Positions 44,301 through 59,300 of a DNA stretch of 64,000 nt are shown here, in pieces. Location: contig NC_081365.1 in assembly GCF_030684315.1 (NCBI RefSeq), positions 60,938,481-61,002,480 on the forward strand, read 5' to 3'. The stretch comes from Stegostoma tigrinum. Taxonomy: Eukaryota. The notes beneath the pieces were generated by a model, which saw only the letters and a program-made list of their open reading frames with translations, did no database searches and had not been told where the DNA came from. Position numbers and translations under genes: made by a program. Every line of letters starts with the position of its first letter. Within the stretch, counting starts at the first letter, position 1.

Positions 44301-47300
44301 TGAAGCGTGACACAAGCTGGAGGAACAAAGCCTGGTTTTTCAGCTGAACCACTTTATAGCCTTTAAGACTCAATGTTGAGCTGAGCAAATTCAAAGCATG
44401 AACACGGTCTTTATTTTGATTGCCCTCCTACCACCATAGTATCTCCTGCCCTCCACCACATGCTGTCTTGTTTGCTTTCAGTAGAACTGATTTATTTTCT
44501 TCTTTCAACATCTACTGTTAATACTGTGAACAACTATTTTTCATAGGTCACACCTGTGCTACCATTAACATTCCTTTTTGCCTTTTACTCTGGGCACCCT
44601 CACCATTTCTTGTTCTCCCTTTGTCCATAGCAGTAAAACAACATTTCCACCCCTCCTCAATTTAGAGTAAGTGTGTACTGGAGTTGAGAAGCATTAACTC
44701 TGTTCTCTATCCACAGCTGCTGCCAGCCCAGCTGAGTTTCTCCAGCAATATTTGTTTTTATTTTACATCTTCAGCATTCATAGTACTTTGCTTTTATTCC
44801 AGTATTCCTGGTGTTTGCCAAGTCTGCACGTCTGCACAACCCTTGTTGTGCAATAAAAGTCATCTCCTTTTAGAGGCGGTGCTTGGATTCTACTGAAGAA
44901 CTGCATAGAAGCAAAATTGGTTAGACACCTCCTGCCTAATTGCTATAAGCAGATCTTACAGGTGTAATGCACCAAAACCAGAAAATAGTTGTGGAACATT
45001 GCGATATCTTCTTGTTTTTCAGTGTACTTGTTTCAGAACATAGAACATAGAACATTACAGCACAATACAGGCCCTTCGGCCCTCGATGTTGTGCCGACCT
45101 GTCATACCGATCTCAAGCCCATCTAACCTACACTATTCCATGTACGTCCATATGCTTGTCCAATGACGACTTAAATATACCTAAAGTTGGCGAATCTACT
45201 ACCGTTGCAGGCAAAGCGTTCCAGTCCCTTACTACTCTGAGTAAAGAAACTACCTCTGACATCTGTCCTATATCTTTCACCCCTCAATTTAAAGCTATGC
45301 CCCCTCGTGGTCGCCGTCACCATCGTAGGAAAAAGGCTCTCCCTATCCACCCTATCTAACCCTCTGATTATTTTATATGTTTCAATTAAGTCATCTCTCA
45401 ACCTTCTTCTCTCTAATGAAAACAGCCTCAAGTCCCTCAGTCTTTCCTCGTAAGACCTTCCCTCCATACCAGGCAACATCCTAGTAAATTTCCTCTGCAC
45501 CCTTTCCAAAGCTTCCACATCCTTCGTATAATGCAGTGACCAGAACTGTACACAATACTCCAAGTGCGGCCGCACCAGAGTTTTGTACAGCTTCACCATA
45601 ACCTCTTGGTTCCAGAACTCGATCCCTCTATTAATAAAAGCTAAAACACTGTATGCCTTCTTAACAGCCCTGTCAACCTGGCTGGCAACTTTCAAGGATC
45701 TGTGTACGTGAACACCGAGATCTCTCTGCTCATCTACACTACCAAGAATCTTACCGTTAGCCCAGTACTTTGCCTTCCGGTTACTCCTACCAAAGTGCAT
45801 CACCTCACACTTGTCTGCATTAAGAGACAATCTAACCACTCCATATTCAATTGTGTCATTGAATCCCCCACTATCAACATCCTGGGGGTCACCATCGATC
45901 AGAAAGTGAACTGGGCTCATCATTTAAAGACAGTGGCTACAAGAGCAGGTTAGAAGTTAGGAATACTGCAGCGAGTAACTCACCTCCTGACTGTCTAAAG
46001 CCTGTCCACCATCTACAAGGCACAAGTCAGGAGTGTGATGGAATACTCCCCACTTGCCTGGATGGGTGCAGGCCCAACATCACTCAAGAAGCTTGACACC
46101 ATCCAGGACAAAGCAGCCGCTTGATTGGCACCACATCCACAAGCATCCACTCCCTCCACCATCGACGCTCGGTAGCAGCAGTGTGTACTGTCTACGAGAT
46201 GCACTGCAGACTTTCATTAAATATTTTCTGTCTTGAAACATTCCACACAGTTCGTCATATACATAATTATTTGTTCTGATTTCTCTACCACTTTCTCATT
46301 CCAAGGCACGTGATTTTTCTGGATGCTACCACTTGTGTGCTGAACAATTCCAACATTTGTCTGCACTGCAGTCCATTTATTTGTGGATGGTTTTTGTTAA
46401 AATTGCCCAACTTACTTCCACGCTACAAGCCTTCGGCTTGGTAGTAGCCCTCCTTTTCTCTACTGTCTGGAGAAATTGTATCCTGCATTTATAGAATCTC
46501 AGAATGGGAACTTGATTGTGCAAAATGTTTCTGAGGATTAGTGCCACTAGATTTATCGTTGGAACTTTTTGGTGATTCTGTGTGCTACAAATGTTGATGT
46601 AGTTTCATTGCAACTTTTTTTTTTAGGTGTTCTCCAGCTATTTCTCCCGAAGTCAGAATCAGATACCATGCAGACCTCATTTGACTTCCAAGGAAGTTTG
46701 CATAAATGACTGTGAAATGCTTTTTTTTTTAAACAGCCATCTAGCAGTGGTAAAGCAGCTGAGCTGCTGGCTAAAGACAAGGGAACAGTTCCAGGCTTCA
46801 TTGGATTTGGAGCCAGCCAGAATGAACTGGGTTATGTTCCTGCAGTCCAAGGATTTGAAGAAGTGGATAGTTTGGTGGATGCTGACTTTCGATTGGTTCT
46901 ACGCAAAATGTCGAAACGAGATACAACAACAAAATTAAAAGTATGTTTTGCTGTCATTTTCAACAGAAGCTCATTTTTGTAGTTGAATTCATTGTTAGGG
47001 AAATTGACTTTGTAAGCTGATCTGTAACATTCTGTTTGCGACTGCAGATGAGAAACCTCTTAGTGGGGACGGTAGTGGAGTAAGAGATTCTGCTACTGTT
47101 TCCACCATTTTTGTACTAATGCTTTGTTTTGTTGAGGATAGCAGTTAATTCAACTGAGTCTATTAATGATTGTTTTTACAGACAGAATTTATCTGTTCCC
47201 TTTTACTGTCCATGATCAGAATGTTTGTTTATACATAAGAGGCATATGTTTCCTTGCCCTCCACTTGAGTGTTCCAACTAAATAATCCATCTGAAAGCAT

Positions 47301-50300
47301 TTTAAGTTTTAGGGTAAGTTACTACTTCTCCCTCATTTATCCGAAAAATAATGTGATATACCTCTTTGGCAATAAGAAGGCTAAGAGTAGATCTGATTGA
47401 GGTTTTCAAAATCATGAGTAGGCTAGACAGCGTAGATAGAGTGGAGCTATTTTGGCTTGTAAAAGATACAAGAATGAGGGCATGGATTTAAAATTATGTG
47501 CAAATGAAGCAGGGATGAAATGCAGAAAAACTCTTTTAGGCAGTGAGTTGTTAGGATATTGAACGTTCTACCTGGGAATGTAATGGAAGTGAGTTCAATT
47601 GAAACGTACAAGACAGTATTGGATTTTTTGGATAGAGTAGTTCATTGAGGTAAGGGGGAGAAGGCTGGAGATTGGCACTAAGTAATAGAGCTGGTGCAGG
47701 CACAATAGACTGAATATAGAGTGTTTCTGTGATTTCAGTTGCATGGCATGTGCATCCATATATGCTTACACACAATCAGTGTAGGTACTGATCAAGGTAA
47801 ACCGTGATTGCAAGGTGTAGAGCTGGATGAGCACAGCAGACCAAGCAGCATCTGAAGAAGGGTCTAGGCCCGAAACGTCAGCTTTCCTCCTCCGATGATG
47901 CTCCTTGGCCTGCTGTGTTCATCCAGCTCTACACCTTGTCATTTTAAAGCAAAGTTGCATCCAGATTTCCTTTGTGGCAGGCAGGTGATTTCTTAGATGA
48001 CATTGAAGTTTTCAAGTTGAATTGAAGGTCTGTTGAAGCAAAGAATTCTTAGTTAGATACGAAGCATCCAGGAGGATGGATCTCAGATGAACTTGAAAAT
48101 TGCAGTAGTTTCAAGGCAGTCCTTCGCTCAGCTTGGATCTCCCACTTTGAAGGCATTGTTGATTATTACTTTCATGGTTTGGATGACCTTCAGTGAATTC
48201 AGTGGCTTTGTTTGAGGGAATTGTATTTGCAAACTCTGTTTTTTTGCTCTGATCAAGAGCAGACAACAAAATTGTTCCCTCATTGTATGACTTCCACACA
48301 TTTAAAATCCTTTTTTCCCCAAACATGGGATTGTTTGTATATTGATTAAAATTATCCCGTTTTGATTTGTTTTGATACCTTGAGAGCTTGAGGCAGTTGA
48401 GGTCTTTTGTTTGTATAACCCATTTAATTTGACAATATCCTTTTGGATTAGCTTCAGGAAGCACATAGATTCAGCATCAGTGTGGATTTTCTTTATTTCC
48501 AAGTCATTTCAATCCACAAAAGAAGTCAGATGACCTTTGGATGGCCATCTTTTGTTTAACGATTCAGCAAAGATCTGTAGTTTGGGTTGCAGTTGGAGTT
48601 GTTGGTTGGTTCACTGAGCTGACTTGTTTTCATGCAAACGTTTCATCTCCCTTCTAGGTGACATTGTCAGTACCGTGTAGCTTCCGTTGAAGCACTGTTG
48701 TTCTGTCCCGGTCTGAATTTATATGGACCAGACTGTCAGGGTAGGCAGTCTTGTTTCCAGTTTTGTTCCCCAGCTACATATGACTGCGGTAAAAAGCCAG
48801 AAACAAGATTGCCCACCATGACAGACCAGACCATATAAAGTCAGACCGGGACAGAACAATAGAGTTTCAACGGAGGCTACACAGCATTGATAACACGTTT
48901 GTATGAAAATCAGTCAGCTCGGTGAACCAACCAACAACTCTAGCCATCTTTTGTGTTCAGTTTTAATATATCAAGATTTATTTTGAAGTTCAGATTCTAC
49001 TGGGACACTATACTACCAGGATAGTGATATCAGCGAGAATCACTGGGGAGGTGATGACCTAGTGGTATTATTGCTGGATTGTTAATCCAGAGACTAGACA
49101 ACACTCTGGGGACCCAGGTTTGAATCCTGCCATGGCAGATGGTGGATTTTAAATTCAATAAATATCTGGAATTAAGAATCTAATGATGACTGTGAATTCA
49201 TTGTCGGTTGTTGGAAAAACCCATCTGGTTCACTAGTGTGCTTTAGGGAAGGAAACTGCCATCCTTACCTGGTCTGGCCTACATGTGACTCCCGACCCAC
49301 AGCAATGTGATCGACTGTTAATGCCCTTTGGGCAATTAATGCTGCCTAGCCAGCGACGCCCTCATCCCAAGAATGAATAAAGGAAAAAAAGTTTAACTCA
49401 TTCCTTATTACGGTTGTGATGGAAGTATTATCCCAAGCAAGTGTTTTGGAATTTGGACGCTTGTATTTTAATTGAGAGTTTTGTTTTGTGTATCTTGGCA
49501 CCTTTATTAATAGTTGGTCAGTGTTTTGTAATAAAACTTCAATATTAAATTGACAAACATTTATAAAGAAAATAATATTTGAGAGAAATTAGATGCTTTT
49601 ATAAATTGCAAATAAAATGTTACAATTTTTCTTATTTATTTTCAATAAATTATATGAACAAAATGAGTACTGTGCCCTGTATTCAATTGTAAAAATTCAG
49701 TATGCTGAATTTTGATTAAGTAAACATTACAGCTTCTGATATGTTTGAAACACCCCAGTGTTGCCATCCTGTTATGATCCAATAGACCAAAATATTTTTA
49801 AAAAAGAATTCAAACTTTCAATTAGTAACTGAAAGGCTGACACTTCAGGGTTTCACATATTAAGATGTTTATTGTAACAGACTCAAAATACGATTGCGTA
49901 AATGCTACCTTTGTAAAACAACTTGCACTTCAATCTGCAGAGTGGAATACCCTTCCTTCTTTCAGTTTGGCTTAAAAAACATTCTTCACAGTCATGCTTC
50001 ACAACATGCTTTATGTAGACGTACAATTCTCTAAGATTTATTCCAAAATGGTTCTTAGCTCCCAGAGCTGGTAATTTACAATCTTAGTCTTTTACGGTGA
50101 GGTGACTCTTTCAACTTTGTTTTAATCCCTTCTGATTTTTGTCTTTTCAGTGTAAACACAAGCTTCTACCTGTACTCTTGCATAATGAGCCATTAGGCCA
50201 TTTTTGTCCTCTAGTTACTCCTTTGCACCTAATCCAAGTAAATTTAAAAAGTGATATTCTCGCTAAGCCTGGCTTTTTCTGCATCCTTTCTCTTGACCAT

Positions 50301-53300
50301 GTGAATCACAAGGGCCTGTGTCAAGGCAGAAATGCTAATTATTTGTGAATGATAGCTCAACTCCCTTTTATCTTCAGGCTAAAATGACAGTTAAAATAAA
50401 CTACTAGAGATCTTACATTCTCAACATCCTTTTGGGTCTTTGAGAACTCATAGACTCTACTGGTAACACACAGGTTACTACAATTGTCTCCAAGTTGAAA
50501 TAACTTGGCACTCTTTTCCCAGTAAAATAGTCTGTGTTCCTTTGCTAACAATCAAAGCACCAGGCTCACTGTCAGGCAAATATCCGACCAGGTCGTGGGG
50601 GGGCCCCCTTTTATTTGACTCTAACTCTAAAACTATTACTATTTTTGACATTTCTTTATATGAATGAAGCTAGTTATATGACCCTCTCTTCCCCCACTCC
50701 TCTTGTCCTCCTCCACCCACATCTTCCTAAATAAGCAATCTTGGAAAAGCAAAAACCTCAATCCAACCTCATTGTGATCACTGGACTAACAAGCATAATT
50801 AAGAGTATTGATTAAAATTGAGAAGAAACCGAGCTAAGTGTGAGCATAGTGCAGTACCAAAATTGCATGTTTCAGAGGATTGATGATACTCTGTGATTGA
50901 AGGTAGCCTGTGATTTTCATCTTGTCTGTTTATAAATTTGTTGCCATAATAAGTGTTTCTGTATATTCCTGCCATAGGAGTTTTCATACACTTAATTCTG
51001 TACACCTATTACAAAACTGTACAAACCACTTGTCAATAATAATATATTTTCGTGTAGAGAAATATTAGTTACTATTTTAGCATACTGAATTTTGAGATTC
51101 TTACTGTGTACGTTATTCTGATGTCAAAAGTGAATCCAAACAACTATAAAAGAGAAAAGATGTTTGACGTTATTTGCAAAGGTGCTATCAAACTAATACA
51201 TATTTAATACATTTTTAAAAAACTTTGGTCAATATTGGATGTGGTCTGCAACGTGGTCACCCAGTCCACATTGGTGTCTGTCTTTCAGATTTTGAGCAGA
51301 GAATAGAATATGCTATAGTAAAAGAATCACTGCGGAGATAAGCTGCTGGGGACATGGACAGTGAGAGGAACTAAATGAGCTGATACTGCATCTCCTGAGA
51401 TTGTATAGAAAAGGGAAGTGATGTTGGGTTTGAGGGATAGTCAGGCCTTTATGGAGGGAATGTTTCTCCCCTTGTGTTGAAAGGAGATATGCGGGGAATG
51501 TGGGTTTGGTGACGGCAGTACTTGGAAGTTGGTGGAACTGGAGAAAAATCAATCATTGATTATGAAGATGAAAAAGTGGAAGTTGAGGACAAGCACTATC
51601 AGTGTTCTCAAATATGTGAAATAGAATGAACAACTGAGAGCCCTGTCAGCCAGAGTGTAGGGGGAGATCCCTTAGTTGAGGGGGGAAAAGGAATGCATAA
51701 CCAAAGACATGGTATGCAATGTTACATCGTCAGAATAGCTGTAAGTCGGAGAATGAAATGGAGTCTTTGCAGAAGTGGTATAAGAAAGTATGGTGATGGT
51801 AGCTATTGAAGTCAATGATCTTATTAATGAATGTGTGCTCATTGCCTATTGCAAGAAATTGAGACAGAAATAGAAAAGAAGTTCATTGTTGGAGCAGGGC
51901 AATGTAAAGGTGAAGGGAAGGTGAAATTGGAACCGACGTTAATGAAATTTCAAACTCGGGGTGAGAACAGGAAATGCCATAAATGTTCCACATATTCCAC
52001 AAGTGGGTAGGCATAGCAAAGCCCCATATGGGTAAAAATGATATCATCATTTATTTGGAAGAAATTATTGGAATTAAAGGAGAACTTGCTTCCTCTGAAT
52101 CACAAAGCTTTGCATTGGCTTCTAGTGTAGCACCTACCGCCCCCCCCGCCCCCCCCCCCCCCCCCCCCCCCCATCCCCCCATCCCCAACCTTACACTTAC
52201 TTAAAACCTGTTATATTTCTAATGTTACCTTGTTCTGATTAAGGGTCTTTGACTTGAAACATTAATTCTGTTTCTCACTCCACTAATGCTGCTTGATGTG
52301 CTGAGCATTTTCTGTTTATATTTCTGCTTTTCAATGTCCACAGTATTTTGCTTTTGCCTCATAAAAGATGTATTGTCCTTGGAAAAGTATACAGTGCAAA
52401 TCCACTAAAATGATAACAGGATGTAAAAAGATTAAATAATGAGATGTTGATCAAATGGAGGTGCTTAATGATTCAGTACATACAGAGAAGCTGGGTGCAA
52501 TCTTAAAATCAGCACTTTGCCATTTACAAGAGAAATATGGAAACATTTTATTGTGCAGAGTGGAAAATGAGTATGGACATTGATATAACCAGTATGAAGG
52601 TTGACAAATTTTTAAAGAGTATCAAATAACATTGAACATAAACGGTTGGGAGTTGATGTACAGATCACCTGTGAGCTAATTGATTGGCACAATTGGCTGA
52701 GAGCTGAACAGCCTATGTCTGACCCGTGTAGCTAAATGTGCGGTCGTATCTTCTCATTCAAAAAGTTTCATCTGTTAATACGTTACTTATTGCCTGAGCT
52801 AAGCATCTGGAATGTGCCTTGAAGCCATGTAAAAGGTTGCAGGAAGCATTCTCCTACCAAGTCAAACTGCCACAAACAGGGATCAAATTTGCTGTGTTTT
52901 GATTGGTATGACTGAATTACAGTAGCAGACCTTTTTTTTAAACAAACTGTGATGAACTGTTGGACTATTTTACCAGGTAACATTGAGTTTTGGATGTGAA
53001 CTTTCAGCCTAACTGATTGTCAGACTTGTTTTTTTTATGGCTCTGATGCTCCTAAATTAGAAAATTGGGGGTTCAGTGTATTCTTCAATTAAGCACATTT
53101 TCTAGACACTGAGGGAATGCTGCACTTGTTCACATGAGGAGTTAAACTGAGAATTGTCTGCTCATTCACATGGATGTGAAAGATCTTGTAGCATTGTTAG
53201 TGGAAGAGTAAGTGACTGCCTTGAATAATACTTATCCTTCAACCTACCTCCCTTAAAAGTCATGGATTATTTTGATACTTATTTCGTTGCTCTTTTTGGG

Positions 53301-56300
53301 GACCTACTTTTTGCCATGAGTTCCAACATTACAAAGGTAACCTCAGTTTAAAAAGTGAACTTCACACATCAAAGCAATGTCTTGAGGCTGTTTTTTTAAA
53401 AGAAAATGCAAATCTTTCATCTTGCAAATTTGATTTCACTGGTACCCTATAAACTGGCACTCTTGATTGGCACTCAGCCCAGTAAATCGATCAAACCAAA
53501 CTTCCATCTTTCCAGCTGCCTCAGGAAAGAAACCAACAAAGATCCCTCCCACCTTGATTATACTCTGTTCCACTTTCTTTTGTCGGGTAGAAGATAGAAA
53601 AGTTTGAATATATGTACAAACAGATTCAAGACAGCTTCTTCCCATATGTTATCAGACATTTGAACGGATGCCTCAAATATTAATGTTGATTTTTCTCTCT
53701 CTGCACCTTTCTCTGGCTGTAACACCGTATTCTGCACTCTGATGTGCTACCCTGAATCACTTTGTTTGTTATGATCTGCCTGCATAGCATGCAGAACAAC
53801 ACTTTTCAGTGTATCTCGATATATGTGACAACAATAAATTTAACTTAAATTCATCTGATAAATAGGGAAAAGTTATATCTTTCATATTGTGAAAAGCTTA
53901 CTTTGTAATTCTGTCCAGTAATAGTTTTTTAAAATTTATTTACATCACTGTAAATATTCTTGTTCAATCAACATTCAAAGTATGAACAGTTGATTCAATT
54001 TCAAGTCAGTTCCTCCACAAATAGTGCAACCTGCTGCAATGTCCAAGCAGTCATTTGAGGGTGCAAGTGAGAAGACTTTTACCTAGAAGCAAAGTTACAT
54101 TATAATTTAAGTTTTTTTTATGTTGAAAATAAAATATAACAGATCGGTTATACTCCCTGCATTTTGTTTTTATTACTTAATGTGAGATTATGTGCCTTTT
54201 GATTATCCGGAATATTTGACTACACTCCTGGTCCCATAGGTGTTGATTAATAAAACTTTTGCTTTTCATTAAATTTCATTTTCTGTGATACATTTTGAAC
54301 CTTGAATGGCACATTGAATATTACAGTATTGCTATATTTAGTTGCCTGGTTTAGCTTGTTTTAGTCATCAATGTCGACTAACTATGTAATTGTAAGTTAA
54401 GCTCTCTGTTTCAAGCCACACTAAGATTACTGGTTAGCCAGATTTTTAGAAATGCACCCTATAATATGTAGAAATCAGTTAAATGCAAAGTGGGAAATTG
54501 TATTTGACGAAGTACTGATTGCATGAATGTTGTTGTTTGGAATTATGAAATTATCTTGCTTTTTTCAGTGCGATGTTTCATTTTTCACTGCTCAAATTGC
54601 TCACTAAATTTTCACTCACTTTCTTCTAAGGCTGTCCAAGAGTTTGGGACAATGTGCAAAGAGAAACACCTTGAGAATATTAAAGGAGTTCTTCCTTATT
54701 GGTCAAGAATTTACTGCAAAATTTCTTTGGTAAGCTTCAGTGTGCTAATGTTTAAACCGATTGGATGCAAGCAAATAAATCAAATCTACAGCGACAGAAT
54801 TGAGACATTGGTCTAGCATTTACAAGGAAGCAAAGAAGGTATGGCAATGTGAAGGAAAGCAGCAAAGCCAATGATGCAGACTTTCTTCTGTATTTAAATG
54901 GCAACTTCTCATCAAAATTTGAATTCACTTCAATTTTAGGCCTGGCAATGGCTCAGTCAGCTGTTGAGTGGGAAAACCAGCAGCAAGTGACTGTCGCCAT
55001 TGACCCTTTGAGACAATTCAGTTCTGGACATTTGCAACGGAGGGGAGTGAGAATTTGGCCTGGGGAGGAGAAAGACCATGGATAGAGAAAGGTCACATGA
55101 GATTTGGGCTTGGAAAGGGGTGTTTGGCAGAGAGAGAGAGAGACCAAAGATTTTTCAGTTAGGGTGTTTAGGCCTTCACGAGCTTGAAGCTTTCACTTTT
55201 TCTTTGCTTCACAGGGAAACCAGGTAGCAACTGTTAAATTGACTTGCATTGAACTGTTGGAATCTGACAGAAATATACTAATGAAGTGACTTATCTCTCC
55301 GTTTTGAATTTTTCATTCAATACAAGGCCTGCTGTTGTAAACCTATTGAAGGACTCATTGAGTCTGCAAATCAATAACATTATTTTTTAATAGAAGCAAG
55401 ACAAATCATTTTTTAGTGTTATCATAGTTCATACCCCCCTTCAAAAACGATTGTTATAATCCAATTCAAAAGCAGTAACTACATTGTTCCTTTTTTCAAA
55501 TATGTTACTCATGTTACATTTCTTAATATTAATTAAATTTAATTGTAGTCCTCTTCATTGAGGTTATCAGACTGCCTCAATTTGAGCATGATGTTTACTC
55601 ACTGAATTTCTGCCATGGTTTTCATGACTGAACAAGAATCTGATTCTAGTACTGTGGCATATCAGGATTTCACAACATAACTACGTATATATAACAACAA
55701 TTTCTGTAACTTTGGAAATATAGCTTTTTGTTAAAGACCGTTAACCAAATGCTGTCTAGGTACAAAAGCAACACTATGAAATTTATTGTTTTCATTATGG
55801 ATCAAACTATTTTAAATTTTCAGAGCTTAAATTTTCCACAGTTCAGTTGAGTCTGTTGGATATAGATATTTGTAGCTAAAATAGATCTGTTTTAATGTGA
55901 TTTCGACTCTCATTGGATTTAATTTATTGGAAAGAAGGCTCTTAATTTTCTTCATTTGAGTTTATTTTGGTGTGAACTTTTAAACCATTTCCATGCATTT
56001 TTTTTTGGTCCTCATGTTTTCAGTCTTCCATTCCTTCTGGTCCAAATGTCTTTTCTTCAGTTGACATTCTGTTCCCCTTTCCCTGTAAATAACTGCCATC
56101 CTCTCATTGTATAGATAGTTGATATGTTTTTCAGCTTCCACCAGTATTACTATCAAAGACTGTATCCTTCTTTAGTTCAATAATACTCACATCTACGCAA
56201 TTGTATGCTCACACCACCAACAGTGAGGTTGAAAACTACCACCCCTCCAAGATTGACACTTAGGTTTTCAATAAACTTTAAAATTACTTTGGCTGATACA

Positions 56301-59300
56301 GTATTTTTGCAAATTAATACATTTAACAATTATCATTTTCTTTATACAAATAAGGATGTCCCCTTTACAAATAATTGGCTTTTGTTCCTTTATTAACAAT
56401 TTCAAACTATGCCTCATTCATTTTTCATGTGCATGAGCAAGCGACCTGCTGCCAGAACCTTGCTATTGAGCCAATCGTAAGGAGATGCATGACTATGCTT
56501 CCAATAATTCACTCAGGCTGTGTTTATTACTGTGTTTTTGTTCAAGCATCTTTCACACATTCTCTTTCTAAATTGGGAATTTCCTTTCATAATATACAGC
56601 TTGTGAGAACATGACAAGTAAAAAGCCATGACCATACCTTGCCACTCCTCTTAATAACTCTCTGTAAAAAATAACTCTTTCACTTCCTCTTTCATTCTTC
56701 TAGGTTGAACCCTCTGCTTGTGCCTCCTTGTAACATTTTACACATTCACCTAGAAATGATTTTTGTTTTAATTTTTATTACCATTATATGGTCAGGTTAC
56801 TTTAAGAAAGATTAAAATGTAGAGTAGGACATTTCAGTCAGAATGCTGCTGAGATTGGTACAAGTTAAGGGTACTTTCCTATTGTCTCAAAACTAATGGA
56901 TTATATGTATGTTTTGGAACAGTTCAGACCCTCTTGCTAAAATTGGCTTCCCTTCATTATATATGGCTGAGGGATTTTGCAAAGCTGGCATTGTAATTGC
57001 CTTGATCTCCCACAGAAAGAGGTTTGAATTTAGATTTTACACTAGCCTCAGAGTTATGGAGGACCATAGGTGATGCAAATATGGTGCAATCAGAAATCTG
57101 GTTGTCTGATCAACTGGAGAAAGACTGAGGAAACTTACAACAGTGTGGGGAAAACAAGTTTGCGCTTATTAAGGAATCCTAATTGAGTTTAGCCCATAAC
57201 TAAGAAAACAGATTTGCGGCTTCTTATTTTACATGGCAATTGGTGTGACATGAAATAGACATTTCTCACTGGTTAAAGAGATAACAAGGTGTAGAGCTGG
57301 ATGAGCACAGCAGGCCAATCAGCATCAGAGGAGCAGGAAGGCTGGCATTTCGGGCCTAGACCCTCCTTCAGGCTTCCTGCTCCTCTGATGCTGTTTGGCC
57401 TGCTGTGTTCATCCAGCTCTACACCTTGTTATTTCAGATTCTCCAGCATCTGCAGTTCCTACAATCTCTTTCTCACTGGTTGTTCATTCACCCACTTAAT
57501 GTAAAATGAACCAGTTTGTGGATTGGCCTTAACTCACTCAAATTCTTTTCAGTTTGTCTTCCGAAAAGATTAAGAGAAAGTGTGTGCCAATGAAAGGGGA
57601 AATGGAGTTTTTAATGTACACAAGTAATCTATTACGAAGATCCCAACCAGGGATTAAAATAGTTTCTTTTCAAGGGCTACTTTTTTTGATTTGCAGGGGC
57701 TACATTTTCATTCTTACCAGTTGATTTGTTAGATTATGTGGTCACGTTACCTAATGTATTAATGTTCATATTTGGACTTGCATAGAACAGAAGTAGTATA
57801 ATTCTGCAATCGACTTTCCATTAAACTTAAATCAACTGCATTAGTTTCTTAGTACGGTATTTAAATTGGTACAGGGCAACAGGCATAAGTTAACAAATTT
57901 TCTCTCGAAATAGCTGATTTTCTGACTCTCAAAAAGCCGTCATGCTAAACACATCTTCAGGAAACTCGTCAGGTCACAGCTTCTATGGCAGCTGCTCAAA
58001 GCTGTATCATTTTAAGCAGGCAGTTATAACCCCATTGACTCCATTGGATTTCAACTCAAATTTAGCAACTGGCACACTTTTTTGTAACAGGATCCAATTT
58101 TTTTGACCAACTATTGTAGCTACTGAAACAAGGTTAATTTATATTAAAGATTCCACAGAGGTTCATTGCTTCAATAGTTACAAATTTTATTGGATCCTAG
58201 TTAGCTGAGCATTCCTTTCTTGATAGATTTAAAATTGTTGTTTCTGCATTTCAGCCTCCTTTTTACAGCTTGTACCTCTTACAGTCTCCTACCCCACTCT
58301 GCAGCCCCCTACTCCCTTCAAGCCTGTTGCCGCCTCCTTCCACTCCCTTGAAACCTTGTTGCCTCCTCCTTCCACTTCTTTCTGTCTTGCAGCCTCCTTT
58401 TACCCTCTACACTCTTTGCCACCTTTTCTCTCCAATTCTCTTGCAGCCTCCTTTTCCTCTTCCACAATGAACCTAGTAGACAGAACACCTGCACTCCACA
58501 AAAGATTCTTTCTCACAGCAGCTGAATGCAACTTTTTGTCCTCGCTTTCGGAAAAGGTGTCATGTAGCTCCCCATCCTGACGTGAGCAAAAAGCACCCTC
58601 AATTCAGTAGTGAACCTATTAGTAACTAGCGTGGGGGAGAACCAGCCCTTATTGGGTTGACTGGTTGGTCACCACTTCCTTCCATTGTATTTGCAGAGTT
58701 ACATTCCTTAGGTTGTCATGAGTGAAATTTTGCGAATATTTTGGGACCTCTTGTGAGTGGATTCACCTTCTGCTTCTGTGTATTTTGAGCATTGATCCCA
58801 ACATCATGTTAATATTTAACAAGAATTTGAGCAGGAACAAAAACAAAAGTCGCTGGAAAAGCTCACCAGGTCTGTCAGCATCTGTGAAGAAAAAAATCAG
58901 AATTAACATTTCAGGTCCCTTCCTCAGAACTTAACCAGACCTGAAACGTTAGCTCCGATTTTTTTTCTTCACAGTTGCTGCCAGAACTGCTGACCATTTC
59001 CAACCACTTCCGTTTTTGCTCCTGATTTACAGCATCTGCAGTTCTTTTGGTTTTTATTTAAGATATTGGGCAGTTTCAGTGCTCCCCTGATCTGTGGAAT
59101 GTGATGTTCAGTAATGTTAAATTATAGACCTTATTAAATAGAACATTGAGCTTAACAGTTTCCCAAAATGCTTCTCATCTGAGACAATGTTGATTGGAGT
59201 AGAATGTTTTTTGTAATTATAGTAGTCCCAAAACCTACACAAATTGAAGCTAGAAAATCCACATTCATTTTCAAGGAATTCTTTACCTCAGTGATTTGAA

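Noticed and set aside
45171-45923. 250-aa ORF as a host gene
   Set aside because: Chimera of a CR1 RT C-terminus and the antisense strand of an adjacent LINE fragment
49770-50620. Possible solo LTR starting TGTTATGA (also ~17500-18080 and ~54790-55460)
   Set aside because: No second LTR, primer-binding site, clear terminus or TSD could be identified by eye
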